DNA of 64,000 bases from the IMG/VR virus record IMGVR_UViG_3300018891_000001, positions 62,001 through 126,000 of that record; one strand, 5' to 3'. Below the pieces are notes generated by a model. That model was not told the origin of the DNA, did no database searches, and was given only the letters and a program-made list of their open reading frames with translations. The position numbers and the translations under genes were made by a program. Positions within the stretch are counted from its first letter, which is position 1. Each line of letters starts with the position of its first letter. Positions 58,308-64,000 of this stretch are shown here, piece after piece.

Positions 58308-59612
58308 ATGTTAAACATTACGAATGTTACATTTTATTTTGCCAATCCAAAGCAAGATGCCAATGGAAATCCCTTAATGAATCAACCTCCAGAATCTCAT
58401 ACTCTTTCATGGGAAGAAGTCGCCAATAATGCAGGTTTTTCTTTATCAACAGGTGAATCGATGTTTACAGAATTGCCAGAGCCTAACAATAAGCATGTCA
58501 TTCGAATCATTAACGGATTTTATTTTGGTACGGGCTTATGCGGGAGTCTACTGGCCATTCAATATCATTATGAAGACGGCTCAGAAGGTTGGATTGCGTC
58601 TATACGATCTCAATCTTCACACGCTCAACATTTAAACACAATTATCGGCAACTGGATAAAGGGGCTGACCTATGAGCAAATTACACAGCATCCAAACTGG
58701 AGTGGAAAGCCCTATATTGGGCATGAAAATGATTTTGTAGAAGTCGAGGTAGTACGAATTACCCCTTCTCCAGAACCAGAGCCGGATCCTGATCCTAACC
58801 CAGAACCGGAGCCAGAACCTTGTGATTTATTGCTAACACCATTGTCATTAACCATTCCTTTAGGAAGTGCAGCTACATTTGAAGTGACCCATTCTTTCAC
58901 TGAGTCCGGACAATGGATATATGATCTGACTCTACTAGTCATAGAGAAAAACAGTCAACGCCTTGTTGTCCAGCCTCAAGCATTAGGCTCTTATTCAATT
59001 CAATACACTGTAAAACATTGCAATGCCTCGGCACTTTTAACGGTAATAGAACCGGATTCGAATCCAGGAAATGAAACAGACCCTGTAGAGCCGCCTCCAC
59101 CGCCATTGCCAAATACGCCACCTGATCCTATTGAAACATCGGATTGGGTGATTAAACTGGTGGATGCGTCCAAACCGATTCCACCTCTTTATAAACTTCC
59201 GAATATCATGAAGAGGAATGCCCGGTATCGGGGACATCGTGAATCTGAAAAATTTCTCAGCGACCACCAAGAACAAATCTATGAAATCCGACAAATCTAT
59301 AAAGATTTATCATCTCTTGAGCAAATGAAAGACGTTACAGTCCGTTCTTGGTTTTACGGCGTAGAAACCGGGAGTATTTCTATGAAATTAGAAGAAAATG
59401 ACAAGGAAACGAAAAAAAGACAGGAAGACTTTACCGACAAGGGCATTGACAGTATAAGAGCTTTTACTAACGATGTGATACAATTAAGTGGGAACTCTTT
59501 TGAAGAACGTATTGTAGGTATCTATGGATTAAGACAAAAAATGCGGGAATTAGATGAAAGAATTGCAGAAGCCGAAAGGAGATACAGGGAATATGAGAAT
59601 GCCTACAAGTAA
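58308..59612 (+). CDS. Virion protein with Pro/Glu-rich linkers and an Ig-like middle domain
   Basis: PSPEPEPDPDPNPEPEPEP and PVEPPPPPLPNTPPDP linkers. C-terminal ARYRGHRESEK resembles ARFRGPTSSHEY of the next gene. Confidence 0.65.
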   Translation: MLNITNVTFYFANPKQDANGNPLMNQPPESHTLSWEEVANNAGFSLSTGESMFTELPEPNNKHVIRIINGFYFGTGLCGSLLAIQYHYEDGSEGWIASIRSQSSHAQHLNTIIGNWIKGLTYEQITQHPNWSGKPYIGHENDFVEVEVVRITPSPEPEPDPDPNPEPEPEPCDLLLTPLSLTIPLGSAATFEVTHSFTESGQWIYDLTLLVIEKNSQRLVVQPQALGSYSIQYTVKHCNASALLTVIEPDSNPGNETDPVEPPPPPLPNTPPDPIETSDWVIKLVDASKPIPPLYKLPNIMKRNARYRGHRESEKFLSDHQEQIYEIRQIYKDLSSLEQMKDVTVRSWFYGVETGSISMKLEENDKETKKRQEDFTDKGIDSIRAFTNDVIQLSGNSFEERIVGIYGLRQKMRELDERIAEAERRYREYENAYK

Positions 59613-60843
59613 AGGTGGTGGGGCACGATTTCGTGGTCCCACTTCTTCGCATGAATATAACATGAATGAAGATCAAAAATATCTGGAACTTATAGAATTG
59701 TATCAACAAGCTAATGCTACACAACTCAATCTAAAAGAGGCACATCAAATTGTACTTATTGAAAATGCTGCTTTACATGATTACGTTAAAATGTTAGAAG
59801 ACCGAGTAGCACATCTAGAATCTCAACTCGACTCTTTAGGAGGAGCTTCTTGGATGAACGGTCATTTTTTTAAAACATCCTTTGTACAAGATATGACAAC
59901 CCGATATCCAAAAGATTTTCAAGATCAGCAAGTATCTATTCCTCGATGCCAAGTTGATTTGCAGCATCGTTACGTAACTATTCCTCAAATCCATCAGATA
60001 CCAAAAACACATATCGTGGATGATAAAGGAAATCACATTATCCCCTCGCAGCTAAAAATCAAAGTAGGACGAAGCAACACTAAAGGAACGGTTTCTGAAA
60101 ATGATATTCTAAATGCTTTTAATGGGGATCCTTTATCATTCTGGCGAAGAAGTGTTACATACGATTCTTTATCTGATGTTCCTAAAGATGGCGAAGATGT
60201 CATAATCGAAATCGAACTCCCAAGCCATCTTGTAAATAATTTAAATGTCAATACAATCGTGATACATCCACATCCAGAACGAGGAATCCAGATTAAGAAT
60301 ATTGAAATCCATTACAATAATGGGTGGCAAACAATCAAGGGATTTAAGCAAGAGGACATTACAAGTGTTCGTGGTGATGACCATTCGCCAAGAAGAAAGT
60401 GGTACTTTCCAAGCGTTCCAGTTCAGAAGGTGCGAATCACATTGATTCAAAAGCATCCGGTGAACATTGGGGGTAAAACTGTATTCATTTTAGGAGCCCA
60501 GGAAATAGGAATTTATTTATCAATGTTTGAGCCGAGTGGAGGAATGATTCTCACTCCATTTGAGATGGATGGTATCTACAATATTGAATCTGTAGAACAT
60601 GTATTTTTAAACCGAAAAGCGTTGAGTTATCCAGAGAATATGGACTACATGTTAAATGGAAATATCTTTGAATATGAATTATACGCAGAGGAACCTGATC
60701 TTACTTTGCGTCCGATTACTCGTTCTGAATGGACAAGTCAAACAGCTCGACGCATATGGGTAAAAACACATTTATATCCAGATCCTCACAATGGAGTAAA
60801 TCCTTGCCTTCATGCCGTGCGATTACACTACACCAAGGAATAA
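59593..60843 (+). CDS. Virion structural protein, same paralog family
   Basis: GARFRGPTSSHEYN and NAFNGDPLSFWRR motifs. ATG 59593 (or 59599) overlaps the upstream gene end; the track start 59554 lacks an obvious RBS. Confidence 0.65.
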   Translation: MRMPTSKGGGARFRGPTSSHEYNMNEDQKYLELIELYQQANATQLNLKEAHQIVLIENAALHDYVKMLEDRVAHLESQLDSLGGASWMNGHFFKTSFVQDMTTRYPKDFQDQQVSIPRCQVDLQHRYVTIPQIHQIPKTHIVDDKGNHIIPSQLKIKVGRSNTKGTVSENDILNAFNGDPLSFWRRSVTYDSLSDVPKDGEDVIIEIELPSHLVNNLNVNTIVIHPHPERGIQIKNIEIHYNNGWQTIKGFKQEDITSVRGDDHSPRRKWYFPSVPVQKVRITLIQKHPVNIGGKTVFILGAQEIGIYLSMFEPSGGMILTPFEMDGIYNIESVEHVFLNRKALSYPENMDYMLNGNIFEYELYAEEPDLTLRPITRSEWTSQTARRIWVKTHLYPDPHNGVNPCLHAVRLHYTKE

Positions 60844-60861
60844 TGTAAGGAGGCAAGCAAT

Positions 60862-61251
60862 ATGGCAAACTTTTATCAAAAAGAAATTGATATCGACTCC
60901 CTTATTCGTCGTCAAGATGAACTAGAACGTGAGATTAGTAAACTCAAAGAAATGTACAAAGACATGAAAGAACATAATGACCAATCGATCGGGCGAATCA
61001 ACCAGCGAATTGATGAATTAGAAGAAGAAGTCGCTGAAGTTCGTCAAACACTAAATGAATTAAAAGTATCACTTGATGTGATTCAAACAGGAGTCAATAC
61101 CGTACAACAACATGTCAGCGATATTAATGCCAAACAAGATGTGGCCATCACCGCTCAAGATAAATTTATTGAGCAACTGTGGAAAGCATTCTTTGCTTTA
61201 CTTGGTGTCATTACTGCCGCAGGAGCAGGTATCGTAACATTACTAAAGTAA
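60862..61251 (+). CDS. Coiled-coil protein with a C-terminal transmembrane segment (holin/XhlA-like candidate)
   Basis: Heptad-rich body, then LWKAFFALLGVITAAGAGIVTLLK; last gene of the structural block; RBS AAGGAGG. Confidence 0.5.
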   Translation: MANFYQKEIDIDSLIRRQDELEREISKLKEMYKDMKEHNDQSIGRINQRIDELEEEVAEVRQTLNELKVSLDVIQTGVNTVQQHVSDINAKQDVAITAQDKFIEQLWKAFFALLGVITAAGAGIVTLLK

Positions 61252-61260
61252 AAAATTAAG

Positions 61261-61306
61261 AAAAATGCAGAATTCTTGCGTAAATACAAGAAATTCTGCA
61301 TTTTTT
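61261..61306 (+). terminator. Rho-independent terminator (possibly bidirectional) ending the structural block
   Basis: AAAAATGCAGAATTCTTG / CAAG(A)AATTCTGCATTTTTT inverted repeat with an 8-nt loop. Confidence 0.85.
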
Positions 61307-61318
61307 CATTGACAATAC

Positions 61319-61352
61319 TTGTGCATAGAAATATATCATGTTAGAATATAAT
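61319..61352 (+). promoter_or_regulatory. SigmaA-type promoter for the recombination/replication genes
   Basis: TTGTGC (61319-61324), 17-bp spacer, TGnTAGAAT (61339-61347). TTGACA at 61309-61314 and TATAAT at 61347-61352 suggest overlapping alternative promoters. Confidence 0.65.
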
Positions 61353-61368
61353 TGTAATGCATTACAAT
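61351..61368. promoter_or_regulatory. Perfect 18-bp palindrome ATTGTAATGCATTACAAT (candidate operator)
   Basis: Perfect inverted repeat over the predicted +1 region; an extra half-site CATTACAA lies at 61376-61383. Confidence 0.7.
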
Positions 61369-61415
61369 AGATATACATTACAACTTATGCAATCAAAAAA
61401 AGGAGGTATAAAACG

Positions 61416-62639
61416 ATGCATAAATTGACAGCCGAAGAAATGAAAACGGTCAAAGAGCGTTTAAAAGAATGTAAGCCAGAATGGTTAGAGAAAAATGCAA
61501 AAGGACAAGATTCATTAGGCGTGTGGACAGTTCAACAAATCTTAGACCATGCCACAGAAGGAATTACAACATGGGATTTTAAACCTATAAAAGAATGGCG
61601 AGAAGAAGTACATAAATTTGATAAACAACGAAATCAATGGGTGTTTGATGGATATGTTTATCATGTTCGAGGAACACTGACCATTCACGGGATCGGTAGC
61701 CGTTCGCAATACGGAAGTAAGGTTGCCGTAGGGGGAAAAGATAATCAAAATTCATCTTATAAATCTGCAGCGAGTGATTGTTTAAAGAAATGCGCTTCTT
61801 TGTTTGGTGTAGGTTCAAGTATTTATTCAAGGATTAAAATTGATTTTGATGATCAGGATCAATACCATTACTTGCAAAACCACTCAAATTATCATGTTGG
61901 CTCCATGCAAGCAAATATGTCAGGAATGCAACAAGCAATGCATACAGACACCCTTGTTCAGCAAGGAGAATGGATCTGGGACTCACAAAGAAATCAGTGG
62001 GTGCATCAAAATGAATACTATGCGTCTTCTCCTACAACACTCAATGGAGGTTATCCCAGTCAATCCAACGTAGCATCACAGCAAAATTGGTATGAGCAAA
62101 CTATGAAGCAATTTGACCCGCAAGGGTATCAGCAAATAAGGCAAGAAGAACAAAAAATGCAAGAAGCAATGCAATTTGCCGACCAAAACTTTCAAAATTC
62201 TCAAATAGATTTTCCGTTTGAAAATACACCAAATACAGAAACACCTAAGTCATCACAAGAATTTCAAGCTATCCCACAGGGAAATATAGAGGCACAACCA
62301 CAACCAGAAGCACAGCAACAAAACTTTCAAGCGATTCAATACGGTGTACCTGTAGATTCGAAAGAGCAAATTCAAGAACCATCCAAAGAATCTGCTTCGT
62401 CTGCTAGAAATGAAAACCCATTAGAACATGTAGTACCTAATAATCCGTGGGATACACCTGAAAATCGGGAGCAAATCGAAATCTTTCGTCAGCATAAAGA
62501 ACGATTAGGCATTAAACAAGATAGTCAATTGCTACCGTATGTGCGAGATTATTTTAAAGATGAAAAAGCAACAATTGCAAGCATTACTCCTGAAACATTG
62601 AAAGGATTTAACACATATTTAGAAAACATTCATGTATAA
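61416..62639 (+). CDS. Rad52/Rad22-like (Sak-type) single-strand annealing protein with a long Gln/Asn/Pro-rich tail
   Basis: VWTVQQILDHA...YHVRGTLTIHG...YGS...YKSAASDCLKKCASLFGVGSSIY matches the Rad52-family K.A.TD.LKRAA..FGIG pattern; RBS AAGGAGG. Confidence 0.75.
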   Translation: MHKLTAEEMKTVKERLKECKPEWLEKNAKGQDSLGVWTVQQILDHATEGITTWDFKPIKEWREEVHKFDKQRNQWVFDGYVYHVRGTLTIHGIGSRSQYGSKVAVGGKDNQNSSYKSAASDCLKKCASLFGVGSSIYSRIKIDFDDQDQYHYLQNHSNYHVGSMQANMSGMQQAMHTDTLVQQGEWIWDSQRNQWVHQNEYYASSPTTLNGGYPSQSNVASQQNWYEQTMKQFDPQGYQQIRQEEQKMQEAMQFADQNFQNSQIDFPFENTPNTETPKSSQEFQAIPQGNIEAQPQPEAQQQNFQAIQYGVPVDSKEQIQEPSKESASSARNENPLEHVVPNNPWDTPENREQIEIFRQHKERLGIKQDSQLLPYVRDYFKDEKATIASITPETLKGFNTYLENIHV

Positions 62640-62651
62640 GGGTGAGGAAAC

Positions 62652-63335
62652 ATGGGAAGTGTGGAAGAATTAGCCCACTACTTTGTTTACGAAATTACAA
62701 AAGCCAGAATCGGAATTGAAGGCCGATTGCAAAGTGCCTATCATGCCATTACGAAATTATTGGAAAAAGGATGGACACTACAAGAAATTAAAGAAGAGCT
62801 TGATCAATTTGCACGAGATTATCCGCAAATTATCCTTAATGTCTATCACGTAGAAGAAATCATGGCGAAGAAAGAACCACCCAACAATTTACTTCAAGCA
62901 GATATCTTTTATTATCACAATATATTAAGGGAAGTATCGCCTCCTGTAAAAATTGCAAAGGATCCAAAAACCGGTCAATTAATTCGCCAATCGCATCCGT
63001 TCTTTCTTGAAATGAAGAGACGGTTTACTATGAAGGATTTGCTGAATTATTGGTATGAGCAAATGGATATTGCACCAAGCGAGCATCTAATTCGTCAAGA
63101 TGAAGGAAAATTCAAGTATATGCTTTCCAATTATACACTTGATGAAATTTTATTTGCCATCGATGTTGCTAAAACCATCCGGAAAGAACAGCAATTACGA
63201 CCGCTTCGTAATGCTTTCGATCTTGAAAAATATATAGAAGACGCACGTGAGTTTATTCGTGCCAAAGAAAATATTCATCGGCTGCAGGGGATCAATCGTG
63301 AATTCAAACGACATGACACAAACTGCTACCACTAA
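62652..63335 (+). CDS. Hypothetical protein in the replication module
   Basis: 227-aa ORF with RBS GGTGAGG between the annealing protein and the primase; no motif recognised with confidence. Confidence 0.6.
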   Translation: MGSVEELAHYFVYEITKARIGIEGRLQSAYHAITKLLEKGWTLQEIKEELDQFARDYPQIILNVYHVEEIMAKKEPPNNLLQADIFYYHNILREVSPPVKIAKDPKTGQLIRQSHPFFLEMKRRFTMKDLLNYWYEQMDIAPSEHLIRQDEGKFKYMLSNYTLDEILFAIDVAKTIRKEQQLRPLRNAFDLEKYIEDAREFIRAKENIHRLQGINREFKRHDTNCYH

Positions 63336-64000
63336 TGCTGTGTGGGTAGAATGTGGAGCTGACTTAATCGGTCAGAAAATCCCCTTTACTCGAAAGCATT
63401 ATATGTTTCCGGAATATACGTGGCAATTTCGACAGGCTTACAACAATCAAGGGGTTTATCAAACAGCCATGCAATACATTAACCCTATATGGTATCAAGA
63501 TCATAAAGGAAAATGGCTGATTAATGCTGCCGAGAGTTTAAAGTGGGGCGACTTTTACTTAGACTTTGATACAGTTATTGAAAGTGAAACAGACTATCAG
63601 AAATTAAAAGAAGATGTTCGTATTGCTTTACGATACATTACAGTCATTATGAGTATTGACATTAATCAAGTTCGTTTCTTTTATTCGGGGGGCAAGGGAA
63701 TCCACCTTACCATTCCAGCAATCACTTTAGGACTAGAACCTCATGTGGCTTTAAATCAAATCTATAAAATGATTGCCGAAGATATCAAAACATACTGCAA
63801 ACACAACACATTGGATACTAAAGTATACGATGATAAACGAATGTTTCGGATGGTCAACTCATGGCATATAAAAGGAAAAGCATATAAAATTCCGATTACT
63901 TACGAGGAATTTATTCGTTTGTCATATGCAGAAATTCATCAACTAGCCCAACAACCAAGAACTATTACGGTTGCTGATCCCATTCCCTCAAACCGGGCTC
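63313..64000 (+). CDS. Archaeo-eukaryotic primase (AEP / Prim-Pol) family protein, 3'-partial (not in the ORF track)
   Basis: Open frame from ATG 63313 to the window end. Motif I FYLDFD (DFD 63562-63570), motif II YSGGKGIH (SGGKGIH 63685-63705), motif III DTKVYDDKRMFRMVNSWH. Confidence 0.85.
   Translation, partial: MTQTATTNAVWVECGADLIGQKIPFTRKHYMFPEYTWQFRQAYNNQGVYQTAMQYINPIWYQDHKGKWLINAAESLKWGDFYLDFDTVIESETDYQKLKEDVRIALRYITVIMSIDINQVRFFYSGGKGIHLTIPAITLGLEPHVALNQIYKMIAEDIKTYCKHNTLDTKVYDDKRMFRMVNSWHIKGKAYKIPITYEEFIRLSYAEIHQLAQQPRTITVADPIPSNRA

Noticed and set aside
61353-61366. Palindromic motif as a host CcpA cre site
   Set aside because: cre sites have a central CG (TGWAANCGNTNWCA) whereas all five copies have a central GC; kept as an unknown operator instead.
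301-62073. Numerous short minus-strand and alternative-frame ORFs in the track (e.g. 10243-10566, 30960-31559, 52536-52877)
   Set aside because: They lie wholly within long + strand genes, lack RBSs and recognisable motifs, and the longer ones are shadows of repetitive or Pro-rich coding sequence.
1-64000. tRNA, rRNA, integrase, capsid, portal, terminase, sheath or tube genes
   Set aside because: None recognised; the intergenic gaps are short and show no cloverleaf or att-like features. These modules presumably lie outside the window.

Overview
The window looks like part of a large contractile-tailed (myovirus-like) phage or prophage of a low-GC Gram-positive host (AT-rich DNA, AGGAGG/GAGGTG ribosome-binding sites, sigmaA-like promoter boxes). 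All credible genes are on the + strand. From 1 to about 61.3 kb it is a virion tail/baseplate/fibre morphogenesis region. It opens with a giant gene (5' end outside the window) split by a group I intron (3134-4339) that carries a LAGLIDADG endonuclease. Next is a ~2300-aa protein combining an N-terminal DEDDh exonuclease, both double-psi-beta-barrel signatures of a two-barrel RNA polymerase (K..K/DIVGIINP and RYP...NADSDGD) and a C-terminal hydrophobic segment. A 2147-aa tail hub/peptidoglycan hydrolase follows, then gpV-, gp25- and gpJ-like baseplate genes and repeated fibre/adhesin cassettes (discoidin, DNRLRE, RCC1, FN3). The region ends with very large virion proteins carrying PA14, thrombospondin-C-like and TSP3-like modules. 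After a terminator and a sigmaA-type promoter at ~61.3 kb a recombination/replication module starts (Rad52-like annealing protein, unknown gene, archaeo-eukaryotic primase running off the right edge). A 14-bp palindrome (TGTAATGCATTACA) recurs in five intergenic regions. All family assignments come from motif recognition by eye; no database searches were run.
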